From a virus: DNA of 54,428 bases. The notes beneath the pieces were generated by a model. It made no database searches and was not told the DNA's origin. It saw only the letters and a list, made by a program, of their open reading frames with translations. Positions 24,404 to 34,090 of the stretch are shown here, piece by piece (positions within the stretch are counted from its first letter, which is position 1; each line of letters begins with the position of its first letter). The DNA lies in the IMG/VR virus record IMGVR_UViG_3300047173_000017. One strand, given 5' to 3'. The translations under genes were made by a program, and so were the position numbers.

Positions 24404-25363
24404 ATGGCAGGCGTACCGCGCGCAGCAGGAGTTCCCGACTACACCCCGAGCGGTGTGGTCAATTTCGACCCGGAGATTTATTCGGGCAAGCTCGTCGAGA
24501 AGTTCTACAAGACGACCGTGTTCGGCGAGATCGCGACCACGGATTACGAAGGCGACATCGTCGGCTTCGGGGCACAGGTTCGCATCCGCACCGTGCCGGA
24601 CATCACCGTCTCGCCCTACATCATCGGCGCTGGGCTGACGGCGCAGTATCCCTCGAGCAACGCCGTGGTCCTGGCGATCAACCAGGCCTACTCGTTCAAC
24701 GTCGCACTGAGCATGGTCGACGCGCGCCAGTCGGATCTCGACCTGGCCGACGTGTTCGCCAACGACGGCTCGATTCAGCTGAAGATCCAGGCCGACCTGG
24801 ACATGCTGACCACCATCCCGACGCAGGTCGCCTCGTTCAACACCGGCGCCACTGCCGGCCAGGACAGCGGCAACCTGAACCTGGGATCGGTGGGCACGTC
24901 GGTGCAGCTGGTGCCGACGGGCGCGACGGGCGCGCAGGAAAACGTCGTCGATTTCATCACCTACTGCGGGCAGGCGCTGGACGAGACGAACGTCTCGGAC
25001 GAGGGCCGCTGGCTGGTCGCGACGCCGTGGTTCATCAACCTGGTGAAGCGTTCCAACCTGCAGATCGCCTCGTTGGCTGGTGATGGCGTCTCGATCCTGC
25101 GGAACGGGAAGGTCGGGATGATCGACCGCTTCAACCTGTTCCAGTCGCGCAACGTCCAGAAGAACGTGCCTGGCGGCGCGACCGCGACGAGCTGGTCCGT
25201 GATGTTCGGCCACCCGGCCGGTCTGGCGTTCGCAGCGCAGATCGTCGAGGCGCAGATGATCGACAACCCGAGCGACTTCGGCTGGCTGATCCGGGGGCTG
25301 ATGGTATTCGGCTTCCAGACGATCCAGTCGACGTACCTTGGCACGGGCTACGTTCACCCGTAA
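24404..25363 (+). CDS. Major capsid protein (P22-coat-like family)
   Basis: 319 aa. N-terminal FDPEIYSGKLVEKFYKTTVFGEIATTDYEGDIVGFGAQVRIRTVP matches the conserved opening of P22-type coat proteins. AGGAG upstream; a hairpin follows. Confidence 0.85.
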   Translation: MAGVPRAAGVPDYTPSGVVNFDPEIYSGKLVEKFYKTTVFGEIATTDYEGDIVGFGAQVRIRTVPDITVSPYIIGAGLTAQYPSSNAVVLAINQAYSFNVALSMVDARQSDLDLADVFANDGSIQLKIQADLDMLTTIPTQVASFNTGATAGQDSGNLNLGSVGTSVQLVPTGATGAQENVVDFITYCGQALDETNVSDEGRWLVATPWFINLVKRSNLQIASLAGDGVSILRNGKVGMIDRFNLFQSRNVQKNVPGGATATSWSVMFGHPAGLAFAAQIVEAQMIDNPSDFGWLIRGLMVFGFQTIQSTYLGTGYVHP

Positions 25364-25375
25364 CCTCTGAAGCAC

Positions 25376-25399
25376 CGCACCGGCCAGCTGGTCGGTGCG
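25376..25399 (+). terminator. Hairpin after the coat gene (attenuator/stabiliser candidate, no U-tract)
   Basis: ccgcaccggcc-agct-ggtcggtgcg, about a 10-bp stem with one G-U pair, 13 nt after the stop. Confidence 0.3.
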
Positions 25400-25423
25400 T
25401 CTCCCACCAGGAAGGAATCAACC

Positions 25424-25789
25424 ATGAAGCACAACGTAGCGGACGCTGGGGGCAAGCCCGGCATCCCCAAGGTCTACGACCAGGACGACCCGCAGCTTGG
25501 CGAAGGGGTGCTGCACCGGCCCGTGATGCCGCCCACCACGATCGAGCGCCAGATGAAGCTCGCGTCGGGCAAGGCGAAGATGCGGTTCATTTACCAGCCG
25601 CAGATGGCCGACAAGCACACCGCCGGCCCGGACTCCGGTCAGCCGGACCCGAAGGACGTCGGTTCGGACCGCGAGGGCGGCGCCGACCAGGCGCTGCACG
25701 CCAGCGGCGGCGGTGGCGGCAAGAAAGGCCGGATCAAGCACCGATCGACCGGCGGGTCCAGCATCACCGGGATTCCATCGGGCGCCTAA
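25424..25789 (+). CDS. Hypothetical head-region protein (121 aa)
   Basis: ORF track. GGAAGGA upstream. Gly-rich C-terminus. Confidence 0.6.
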   Translation: MKHNVADAGGKPGIPKVYDQDDPQLGEGVLHRPVMPPTTIERQMKLASGKAKMRFIYQPQMADKHTAGPDSGQPDPKDVGSDREGGADQALHASGGGGGKKGRIKHRSTGGSSITGIPSGA

Positions 25790-25813
25790 TTCTGGCGGGT
25801 GCGTTACAACCGA

Positions 25814-25840
25814 GGGGCGGCGGATTCCGCCCCACCTTTC
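25814..25840 (+). terminator. Terminator-like hairpin
   Basis: ggggcgg-cggatt-ccgcccc (7-bp GC stem) followed by acctttcc. Confidence 0.4.
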
Positions 25841-25855
25841 CAATGAGGCACCGCA

Positions 25856-26287
25856 ATGCAGCTATCAGGCCAACAACGCGACCCGCAGGGGTCGGGGAGG
25901 CAACGAGTGCAAATCCTCTGCATCAGAGACGACGGCTATGTTTGCATGGCCAACGACATCGGCATTCTCCAATCGCAGGGGAAGCTGCGGCCGTACCACG
26001 GCAAGATCGACGCGACGCTCGAGGAGCGCCTGGCCTACTTGCGCGGCGTGATGATTACGCCGAACGCGCCCGAGGCCACCTTCGACCTGTCGACCGCCGA
26101 CAAGGCCGCGGTCATTGAGTACATCAGCGACGAGTACGGCAAGACGATCGACAAGCGTCTGCCGGTCGAGCGGGTGCGCGAGGTCGCGCTGGGCATCATC
26201 GCTGAGCAGAAGGCGAACAGCATGGCCGCGCAGCAGCAGCAAACCAAGCAAGCCGCGGCCGGCCTGAACGTGAAGAAGGCCGCGTAA
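25856..26287 (+). CDS. Hypothetical head-region protein (143 aa)
   Basis: GAGG 7 nt upstream; ORF track. Confidence 0.6.
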   Translation: MQLSGQQRDPQGSGRQRVQILCIRDDGYVCMANDIGILQSQGKLRPYHGKIDATLEERLAYLRGVMITPNAPEATFDLSTADKAAVIEYISDEYGKTIDKRLPVERVREVALGIIAEQKANSMAAQQQQTKQAAAGLNVKKAA

Positions 26288-26950
26288 GTGTCGCTCACCG
26301 CCGGGACTGTGATCGGCGACGTGCGAAACACGTTGCTCGATCCTGAACCCGGCGTTGCCTGGTCCGACGCTGAGCTGTACGGCTATCTGACTTCCGGCCT
26401 GCTGGCTGCGGCGATGCTCAAGCGGGACATCAACCCGATCGTCGGGTCGATACCGCTGGTCGCCGGCACGATTCAAACCTTGCCGTCATCGAACCCGCAG
26501 GGCCTGCAGCTGCTCGACGTTTACTTCAACACGGCGTCCGGCTACGCCGTGACGAAGGGCGTGCTTCGCCTGCTCGATCAGATGGTCCCGACCTGGCGCG
26601 CAGCGACCGCAACCGTCGACGTCACCGAGGCAATGTTCGATCTTCGGTCGCCGCTGATCTTCCACGTTACGCCACCGAACACCGGGACCGGCGCTGTCAC
26701 CGCGCTCTTCGGTGCGGTGCCGAACGCGGTCGCCGGGTCGGGCGATCTATGCCAGGTTCCGGACGTGTACCGCGCCGCCTTGTGGGCATACGTCTGTGCC
26801 GAGGCTTACGCGAAAAATTCCAGGCGCCAGGATCTCGTCAAGTCGTCCCAGCTGTACTCAGCGTTCGAGCGGTGGGTTGGCATGGGTGGAACGAACCAGG
26901 CGCAGCTGGCCGCAATGCAGGAAGTCGCAACCGCGGCGAGCGAAAAGTAA
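26288..26950 (+). CDS. Head-tail adaptor-like structural protein (220 aa)
   Basis: GTG start abutting the upstream stop. The opening VIGDVRNTLLDPEPGVAWSDAELYGYL resembles phage adaptor/connector families. Tentative. Confidence 0.55.
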   Translation: MSLTAGTVIGDVRNTLLDPEPGVAWSDAELYGYLTSGLLAAAMLKRDINPIVGSIPLVAGTIQTLPSSNPQGLQLLDVYFNTASGYAVTKGVLRLLDQMVPTWRAATATVDVTEAMFDLRSPLIFHVTPPNTGTGAVTALFGAVPNAVAGSGDLCQVPDVYRAALWAYVCAEAYAKNSRRQDLVKSSQLYSAFERWVGMGGTNQAQLAAMQEVATAASEK

Positions 26951-27688
26951 ATGGCCAACTTTGCAATCTCATCCGCCGCGGTCGCGCCGCAACCGCCGAT
27001 CAGCCAGACGCTTGCGCCGATCGTCAACTACGTGCCGCACGTTTCTTCAATCCTGAAGTCGGTTCCGGACCTGGTACATGAGCAAGCGTTGCTGCGCGCC
27101 GCGATCGACTTTATGCGCCGCAGCAGGTGGTTTCGCGATCAGATCAATATGTCGACCGCGGTCATCACGCCGAGCCCGACGGTCAATGTCGGGATCTACA
27201 CCCTGACCGAGACGAACGCGCAGTTCGAGATCATCGACCTGAACGGCGCGGCGATCCAGCAGCCGAACAGCATCAGCGCATCGCAGCCACAGGGGGCATG
27301 GACTCCGATCGGCTACACGGCACCCGAGTACATCGACCAGAACCGCGCGCCGTCCATGCCGAGCAACGTGTTCTACGTGCCGGAAGGGCAGATCGGTTTT
27401 TACCCGATACCCGATAAGGTCTATGCGGTGCAGATCGGCGTGGTCCTCGAGCTCACGACGACGGCCACACAGCTGCCGGTCGCGCTGATGACGAAGTGGA
27501 AGAGGTTTATCGAATCGGGTGCGCTTGCCTATCTGTACGGCGCGAAGGAAGAGGACTGGTTCGACCCGCGGGAGCGCGACTGGCACGCGCAGATTTTCGA
27601 GGACGGCCTTGCCAACGCGCGCGCCGATGTTGCCCGCAGCAACCAGCGCGGCAGCGTGCGAGCGCGCGGGCGCGCGTTTGCCATCTGA
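26951..27688 (+). CDS. Structural protein (245 aa), adaptor/tubular-A-like
   Basis: Starts 1 nt after the upstream stop. Positional inference. Confidence 0.6.
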   Translation: MANFAISSAAVAPQPPISQTLAPIVNYVPHVSSILKSVPDLVHEQALLRAAIDFMRRSRWFRDQINMSTAVITPSPTVNVGIYTLTETNAQFEIIDLNGAAIQQPNSISASQPQGAWTPIGYTAPEYIDQNRAPSMPSNVFYVPEGQIGFYPIPDKVYAVQIGVVLELTTTATQLPVALMTKWKRFIESGALAYLYGAKEEDWFDPRERDWHAQIFEDGLANARADVARSNQRGSVRARGRAFAI

Positions 27689-27694
27689 GGTCAT

Positions 27695-30600
27695 GTGGCA
27701 ATCAACATCATGGAGTTCAAGGGTGAGGCGCCACGCCTTACCCCGGATCAACTGCCTGACGGCATGTCGCAGTCCGCGGTCAACGCGCGGCTGCTGTCAG
27801 GGGCGCTCGAGGCCTGGCAGGATTTCGTCGCGACGCATAGCGGCGACACGTCGGCACCCGTCTCGATCTACCTGCTCGCCGAGTCCTACTGGCTAGAGTG
27901 GGCTGCGTCGGCGCTCGGTGCGTATGCCACCGAGGTCGACGTCGCGCAGTGCGCGGTCGCCGGCGATACCAGCAACCGGGTCATCTTCTGCGGCACCGAC
28001 GCGCCGCGGTTCACCGACATCGGCCTGGCGACTGGCCTGGTCGACGGCAGCGGCAATCCAATCACCGGAAGCTCGACGCCTGGTCCAGCGACGACCGGCC
28101 TGCCGGTCTACTCACGCAAGCTCGGCGTTCCTAATCCCGGCAGCAACGATCCGATCGTTCTCGCGACCACCAGTTCCGAGACGACGATCGAGGCGCAGCT
28201 GGGCTACTACCAGCCGACCACGTTCGTGTCTGTGGATACCAACGCGGCCGGAAGCCCAGTGTCGATCACCGACACGTTCGACGGTGGAGCGAACAACGGC
28301 TGGACGCTGAGCACGAACACGGGCACGCCGTTTACCAACTTCTCCGAGGCGCAAATCATCGCGACCGGCGGCGATGCCGGGACCGGCAACGGTTGCCTGG
28401 ACCTGCAATCGAACAATGCCAACGCGTCGGCGATGCGGCAGTTCGGGGTCGAGACAAGTGCGGCGATCACCTTTCAGGTCGATTTCAACGTTATCTCACT
28501 TCCAAACTACGACTACGCTTTTGGCTTCCACTGCGGCCGCGACGCGGCGGACCTTGAGGGCGTCCTGTTTTACTGGGATTTCCAGTCGCCGGGTTACTCC
28601 TGGTGGAAAGCAAACTACAGTTCCTCCCTGGTGTTGAGTTCCGGCAACTTCGGCGGAAGCATTGAGTTCCCACTTAATACCTGGCTTACCTTCAAGTGCA
28701 CGATCACGCCTAGCGGCTCGGCTGTCGCCGATTACTCATTCCAGGTGTTCAACGGCGCAACACTGCTGGCCAGCTTCACGCTGAGCGGGTATCCCATCGT
28801 CGGGAACAATTTTGGCTTCAACGCCTACGGCGGCGGCAACAACGGCAATTCGGGCGTGCTGCATGTCCAGTATGACAACGTGCAGATCAATGCGTCGTCG
28901 ACCGGGTCGACCGAGAATCCGCCGGTTGCAGTGTCCTACGTCTACACGCTGTCGAACGATCTCGGCCAGGAGTCGGGGCCGAGCTCGCCGAGCTACCCGC
29001 CGATCACCAGGTCCGACGGCACCGCGGTGACGGTCGGCCTGCCGACGACGCTCGACTGGGGCCAGTTCACCGGCGGCTTGCACGTCGAACCGACGGCCGC
29101 GAATCCAGCGATCGGCCCGACGACGGCGACCGGCGGCGGCGGCGGGTATGCCGGGGTGGACCCGACCTACTTCGAGATCGGCACCTACACGCCGATCGCG
29201 CTGCTGAAGATCAACCTGTACCGGACCGTCACGACCGACAACGGCACGTCGTTCCTGTTCGTCACCAGCCAGCCATTCGGCACCGCGTTCTACGTCGATT
29301 CCCTCGAGGACGCGGCACTGTCCAATGCGCTGAACACGTCGGACTGGGCGCCACCGCCAACGAACATGCAGGGCATCCTGGCGCTGCCGAACGGGATCTA
29401 TGCCGGGTTCTTCGGCAACCAGCTCGCGCTGAGCGCACAAGGGGTGCAGCACAGTTACCCGGTTTCCTACCGGCTCACCTTCGATACCGCGGTCGTGGCG
29501 ATCGGCAACGTCGACACGATGGTCGTGGTCGCGACGAAGAGCTTTCCTTACATCGCCTACGGCACGACGCCGGACAGCTACAGCGAGTCGAAGATCGAGG
29601 CGCCGCATCCGTGCCAGAGCAAGCGCAGCCTGGCCTACTTGCGCGGGGTCGGCGTGGCGTACTCGACCGCCGATGGCCTGGTCGCGATCGCCGGGCCTGG
29701 TCGCGCGAACCTCGTCACGCAGGGGCTATTCACAGACCGCGAGTGGAAGGCGCTGAACCCGTCGTCGCATATCAGCGCGGTGAAGGATGATCGGTACTTC
29801 TGCTGGTATCAGACATCGAACGCCAGCGGCGGCACTACGACGCCGACGGTGCTGCAGAGCACCGACCAGGTGGTCAACCAGACCTACGGTGGCGTGTACA
29901 CCGCGCAGCTGATCCTGAATGGCGTGCAGTCCGGCAGCACGATCGTCGTCGGGTTCGCGGGTGCGAGCCTGGTCCAATCGGTTGCGGACGGCCAGGGGAC
30001 CTACCAAGCGGCGGCACTCGACGGCGCGCTCGGCGTCAGCGCGGACGTCGGCATCTTCGTGCTGACCGGAGCGGTTGCCGGCACTCACACGATCACGCTG
30101 ACGAGCCAACCTGCAGACGGTCCGACGATCGCCGCAGTGGCCTATGAGGTAACGGCCAGCACCGTGCAGGACGTGGGCACGTCGGTCCAGCTGCAGAGTG
30201 TCGCAGCTAACGCCGTGTTCGACGGCGCGATCACCACGACCGGCAACAATCGGCTGGTCATCGGGTTTGTCGCGTCGGAAATCAATTTCACTCAGCCGCT
30301 CGCCCTGGCGCCGCTCACACTCGCTCCGAACCCGAGCAGCGAGGTATACCCTTCTGTCGCGATGGCCTGGGTTGCCGAGGCATCGGCGGGCGCGGTGACG
30401 CTGCCGTTCCAGAACAATTCACTGGTGGCCGTGGACGATTTCTCGTTCGTCGCGATTTCCCTGGGTTCCGGCGGCGTGACGAAGGGCGGCTTCGTTCTCG
30501 ACTTGCGCGAGGCGGGTGCTGGCAAGATGAGTCTCGCGTTCCACGCGACCGCGCGCTATGACGATCCGCAGGCCGACAAACTCTACGTCGTCATGGACTA

Positions 30601-30958
30601 CAACACGCCGCCGTTCTCGCCGGCGGGCTACACGCCGGTCGCCGCGGACAATCAGACGATCTACCAGTTCGACGCGAACGCATCGCAGCGTCTGCCCTAC
30701 GCCTGGACGTCGAAGGAATTTCAGGGCCGGCCGGTTGCCTACCTGCTCGCGCAGGTCCGCGCCTACGACTACTCTGCCTGCCAGCTGCAGGTCTATGCCG
30801 ACGGCGTGCTGTACTCGACCACCACGGTGACGGGTCCGGAGTTCACGCTTCCGCAGCCGGTCAGCGGGGTCGCGCAACGCTACGCTCACCTGACGCTGTC
30901 GGGCACCAGCAAGGTGTCGCAGGTCATCCTGGCCGAAGGCGCGGATGAGCTGCAATGA
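27695..30958 (+). CDS. Large tail (nozzle/tubular-B-like) protein, 1,087 aa, with inserted lectin-like domain and a C-terminal domain paralogous to the 843-aa protein N-domain
   Basis: GTG start. VSYVYTLSNDLGQESGPSSPS-type blade motif. The insertion FDGGANNGWTLSTN...NTWLTFKCTITPSG looks ConA/LamG-like. Confidence 0.75.
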   Translation: MAINIMEFKGEAPRLTPDQLPDGMSQSAVNARLLSGALEAWQDFVATHSGDTSAPVSIYLLAESYWLEWAASALGAYATEVDVAQCAVAGDTSNRVIFCGTDAPRFTDIGLATGLVDGSGNPITGSSTPGPATTGLPVYSRKLGVPNPGSNDPIVLATTSSETTIEAQLGYYQPTTFVSVDTNAAGSPVSITDTFDGGANNGWTLSTNTGTPFTNFSEAQIIATGGDAGTGNGCLDLQSNNANASAMRQFGVETSAAITFQVDFNVISLPNYDYAFGFHCGRDAADLEGVLFYWDFQSPGYSWWKANYSSSLVLSSGNFGGSIEFPLNTWLTFKCTITPSGSAVADYSFQVFNGATLLASFTLSGYPIVGNNFGFNAYGGGNNGNSGVLHVQYDNVQINASSTGSTENPPVAVSYVYTLSNDLGQESGPSSPSYPPITRSDGTAVTVGLPTTLDWGQFTGGLHVEPTAANPAIGPTTATGGGGGYAGVDPTYFEIGTYTPIALLKINLYRTVTTDNGTSFLFVTSQPFGTAFYVDSLEDAALSNALNTSDWAPPPTNMQGILALPNGIYAGFFGNQLALSAQGVQHSYPVSYRLTFDTAVVAIGNVDTMVVVATKSFPYIAYGTTPDSYSESKIEAPHPCQSKRSLAYLRGVGVAYSTADGLVAIAGPGRANLVTQGLFTDREWKALNPSSHISAVKDDRYFCWYQTSNASGGTTTPTVLQSTDQVVNQTYGGVYTAQLILNGVQSGSTIVVGFAGASLVQSVADGQGTYQAAALDGALGVSADVGIFVLTGAVAGTHTITLTSQPADGPTIAAVAYEVTASTVQDVGTSVQLQSVAANAVFDGAITTTGNNRLVIGFVASEINFTQPLALAPLTLAPNPSSEVYPSVAMAWVAEASAGAVTLPFQNNSLVAVDDFSFVAISLGSGGVTKGGFVLDLREAGAGKMSLAFHATARYDDPQADKLYVVMDYNTPPFSPAGYTPVAADNQTIYQFDANASQRLPYAWTSKEFQGRPVAYLLAQVRAYDYSACQLQVYADGVLYSTTTVTGPEFTLPQPVSGVAQRYAHLTLSGTSKVSQVILAEGADELQ

Positions 30959-32145
30959 GTCTTTCCGGCAAGCCGCCGATCGCTCAGCCTCGAGGCGTTG
31001 CCAATGACCTGACGCTGGCAATCGGCAACATCCGCCAGCGGCTCGAGGCGATCGAGACTGCGGTCAACACCGCAGCCGCGACGACCCCGACGAACACCAG
31101 CATCACCGCGCAGGTCAAGCTGCTGCAGACGCAGCTGAACACCCTGGCCGCTGATGTCGCCGCGCTGAGCTCGACCAGTACCACCGGCACGACGGTCGTC
31201 GCCGTCTCGAACAGCGTTTCCCTTGCCGCTGCCGAGACGCTGACCGGATTCCAGGCGGTCTATCAATCGCAGCCTGGCGGGGTTAGCTTCGTCGACCCGA
31301 GCGTTCCGGCGCGCGCGCGGCGCCCGCTCGGCGTGACGACGACCGCGGCCGGCGCCGGCGTGAACGTGCCGGTCCAGATCAGCGGCGCGCTGTCGGTGGG
31401 CGCGTCGATCTTCACGCCTGGTGGCCTGGTGTACGCCGGCGCCGGCGGCGCGCTGACGCAGACCGCGCCGGCCGCTGGCACCGCGATTGTGGTCGGCCTG
31501 GCCGTCACCGCGACGACGCTGGTCGTTGCGCCGCAGGACCCCGTGCTCATCACTGCAGGCGCTTTCAACCCGGCAACCGATGGGCTGATGGCCGCGTCGC
31601 GCGCTGCGGTCGCCGCCGCTGCTGCGGTCATCTGGCAGGTCCGCGGGGTGCAGATCGGCCAGCAGTCGACGGTCGACTTCGAGGCGGGATCAGGCCTCTA
31701 CTGGACGGCCTATAACGACGCGGGCAGCAACCGCGTTGTTCTGACGATCAACCTAGGCACGCCGCCGGCGCCGGCGACGATCATCACGCAAGAGGACCCG
31801 TGGCCGCACGACGACTGGCCCGAGGATTCGTGGCCCGAATGGCAGGACGACGCGGTGCCGCGCGGCGCGAACAATCCGGTCCCGCCGCCGTTCGACCCGA
31901 GCGTTCTGTTCGAGGACGATCATCCCGACCAGTGGGAGCTGTGGCAGGAGGACTCGAGGGCGAATCCCGGCTTCGTCGGGGCGCCACCGACCGACCCGAC
32001 GCCGTGGTTCGAGGACGACCACGGGGATCAGTGGGAGGCGGATCTTCCGGCGCAGGTATCGAAGGATCAGCCGAACCCGCCGCCGGCGGACCAGCCGTTC
32101 CCGGACGACGAAGTGGGCGACCCGTGGGAGGATTCGTGGCAGTAA
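30955..32145 (+). CDS. Tail-fibre-like protein (396 aa) ending in an acidic Trp-rich module
   Basis: ATGA-coupled. N-terminal coiled coil, then an Ala/Gly/Thr beta region. C-terminus: EDPWPHDDWPEDSWPEWQDD...DPWEDSWQ. Confidence 0.75.
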   Translation: MSLSGKPPIAQPRGVANDLTLAIGNIRQRLEAIETAVNTAAATTPTNTSITAQVKLLQTQLNTLAADVAALSSTSTTGTTVVAVSNSVSLAAAETLTGFQAVYQSQPGGVSFVDPSVPARARRPLGVTTTAAGAGVNVPVQISGALSVGASIFTPGGLVYAGAGGALTQTAPAAGTAIVVGLAVTATTLVVAPQDPVLITAGAFNPATDGLMAASRAAVAAAAAVIWQVRGVQIGQQSTVDFEAGSGLYWTAYNDAGSNRVVLTINLGTPPAPATIITQEDPWPHDDWPEDSWPEWQDDAVPRGANNPVPPPFDPSVLFEDDHPDQWELWQEDSRANPGFVGAPPTDPTPWFEDDHGDQWEADLPAQVSKDQPNPPPADQPFPDDEVGDPWEDSWQ

Positions 32146-32540
32146 TGTGGCCTGCGGATCTCGACTTCCTGTGGCCGTCGATCCGCACGCGCGCCGAGCG
32201 GTGGATGAGGGACGAGCCCGGCGGGGCGGAAGCACTATTCGACGAGTGCCGCGAGCGCAAGGCTTTTGCCTTCTGTTCCCATGATGGCGCTATGGTGCTA
32301 TCTTTGGTTCCGTCTCCGGGTGGCTGGACTCTGTTCGTGCGGCTCGCGGTGTCCTTCGATGGGCAAGCGATCGACCAGGCCCGCTATGAGGGCTTCCTTG
32401 ACAAGATAGCCCGCGATCTCGGCGCGACGCGGATAGCATTCAGGACCCGGCGCCGCGGCTGGGCGCGGAACCTCTCACCGGCCTGGCGTATGCAACACGT
32501 CGGCAATCGCGTCGAACACTTCCGCGATGTCCAGCCCTAG
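32145..32540 (+). CDS. Hypothetical protein (131 aa)
   Basis: Internal ATG (MWPADLDFLW...) with TAATG overlap. The upstream part of ORF 31800.. is Arg/Gly shadow. Confidence 0.6.
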   Translation: MWPADLDFLWPSIRTRAERWMRDEPGGAEALFDECRERKAFAFCSHDGAMVLSLVPSPGGWTLFVRLAVSFDGQAIDQARYEGFLDKIARDLGATRIAFRTRRRGWARNLSPAWRMQHVGNRVEHFRDVQP

Positions 32541-33294
32541 CTCCGGGACCATCCCCCCGACGCCTGCCGAGACGGCGCTGGCGCAGATCGGCGCGAACAG
32601 GTTTCAGGATTACGTCGAGCGGTGGGAACCCCTGCAGATGCACCTGGCCAGCCAGGTCGAAAGCATGGGCGGGGCGGACTCCTGGCAACGCCAGGAAGCC
32701 GAGGGCAAGGCGAAGGCCGAGGTCGGCCAGCAATTCAGCACTGCCGAGAATCAGACCGCGTCCAAGCAGCTGTCGGCCGGGGTCAACGCGGGGTCCGAGA
32801 AGTTCGGGCTGGCGCAGGCGGAAATGACCAGCGACCAGGCGCGCTCCGGCGGCGAGCGCACCAACGAAGCGAACGAAGCTGTCACCAGCCAGTACCTGTC
32901 CGGCCTCACCGCGCTGACCGCGATCGGCCGCGGGCAGTCGAGCACCGCGTCGCAGGGCATGGGCATCGCGACCGACATCGGCACGCGCACCGCGATCAGC
33001 GACGCGGCGGCGAGCTCGGCGGCGCGGTCCGGCAACGAACAGATGCTCGGCTACGGCATCGGGATGGCCGGCGCTGCGGGGGCGTCTTACGCGTCGTCAC
33101 TGGGCGGCGGCTACACGAACCTTGGCAATTACGAGGGCGTCGGGCTGACTGGCTACTCCGGCAGCAGTCCGACGGTTGGAGACAGTTCGGGCTATACGCC
33201 TGGCGCAAGTCTCGGCGCGGGCTACGGCATCAGCAACTTCAGCTCCGTGCCGATGGGTCCACCGAACGCGGGTTCCGGCCTGTCGTACCGCTGA
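32527..33294 (+). CDS. Internal-virion/ejection-type protein candidate (255 aa, Gly/Ser/Ala-rich)
   Basis: ORF track. Composition and position just upstream of the giant gene. Confidence 0.6.
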   Translation: MSSPSSGTIPPTPAETALAQIGANRFQDYVERWEPLQMHLASQVESMGGADSWQRQEAEGKAKAEVGQQFSTAENQTASKQLSAGVNAGSEKFGLAQAEMTSDQARSGGERTNEANEAVTSQYLSGLTALTAIGRGQSSTASQGMGIATDIGTRTAISDAAASSAARSGNEQMLGYGIGMAGAAGASYASSLGGGYTNLGNYEGVGLTGYSGSSPTVGDSSGYTPGASLGAGYGISNFSSVPMGPPNAGSGLSYR

Positions 33295-33295
33295 C

Positions 33296-33751
33296 ATGGC
33301 CGACGCGACCACTGCTGGTCTGACGTCGCCGGCGGGCATCGGCTCGAGCGCGGCGCAGGGTGTCAGCTACGGCACTGGCGGCGCTTTCAGCGGCGATGCG
33401 AACAGCCTGTACCAGCAGGTCACGCAAAGCGAGTGGCAAAACTACATGCAAAATTTCGTGCCGATCGAGAATCAGCTAATCAAGTTCGCGAGCGACACGA
33501 CGCAGCCGGCACAAGCAATGGCGACCGCGCAGACGAACATGAATGCCGCCGAGGCGCAGCAACCGCAGATCCAGCAGAACCGGCTTGACCAGTACGGCAT
33601 CAAGCTCGACCAGGCCGGCAAGCAAGCGGCCGGGATGGATCAGAACCTCAACGCCGCGCTCGGCAGCGTTGACGCGCAGAACCAAGCCAAGGACACGACG
33701 ATCCAGCAGCAGGAGTCGATCCTTGGCGCACCGATGACGGGGCTGACGTAA
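33296..33751 (+). CDS. Internal-virion-type protein candidate (151 aa, Gln-rich)
   Basis: Internal ATG (MADATTAGL...) 1 nt after the upstream stop. Confidence 0.6.
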   Translation: MADATTAGLTSPAGIGSSAAQGVSYGTGGAFSGDANSLYQQVTQSEWQNYMQNFVPIENQLIKFASDTTQPAQAMATAQTNMNAAEAQQPQIQQNRLDQYGIKLDQAGKQAAGMDQNLNAALGSVDAQNQAKDTTIQQQESILGAPMTGLT

Positions 33752-34083
33752 TGCCACTTCCCTACAGCGTTGGCGCAAGGCAGACCGGCGCGGCCGATCC
33801 GTCACTCGACACTGGCGGTGGCCTGGCGAACATGGGCACGTCGGTGCAGAGCGAGGCGAACACCGACCTGCAATTCGCCGCCGCGTCCGAGTCGAACCGC
33901 AACTACGAGAATCAGCAGATCGAGATCAAGAACAAGCAGGGCAACGAGCAGCTGGGCGGCGCGGTCGGCGGCGCTGCGGGCGGCGCTGCGGCCGCCGCCG
34001 AGTGGGGTTCGGCTGCTGGCCCATACGGCGCGGCGGTGGGCGGCATCCTTGGCCTGCTGGCTGGTGGCCTGTTCAACAAGTGA
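33751..34083 (+). CDS. Gly-rich protein with C-terminal hydrophobic segment (110 aa)
   Basis: ORF track. The C-terminal stretch ...GGAVGGAAGGAAAAAEWGSAAGPYGAAVGGILGLLAGGLF is Gly/Ala-rich and ends in a hydrophobic segment. Confidence 0.6.
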   Translation: MPLPYSVGARQTGAADPSLDTGGGLANMGTSVQSEANTDLQFAAASESNRNYENQQIEIKNKQGNEQLGGAVGGAAGGAAAAAEWGSAAGPYGAAVGGILGLLAGGLFNK

Positions 34084-34090
34084 GTGCCTG

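Noticed and set aside
33770-34090. N-terminal extensions of track ORFs (33770.., 31800.., 33176.., 16537.., 11052.., 11383.., 8511.., 4359.., 3373.., 2682..)
   Set aside because: The extended parts overlap the preceding genes in another frame and translate to Arg/Ser/Pro-rich junk. Internal ATG or GTG codons sit at stop-start overlaps or behind SD-like motifs.
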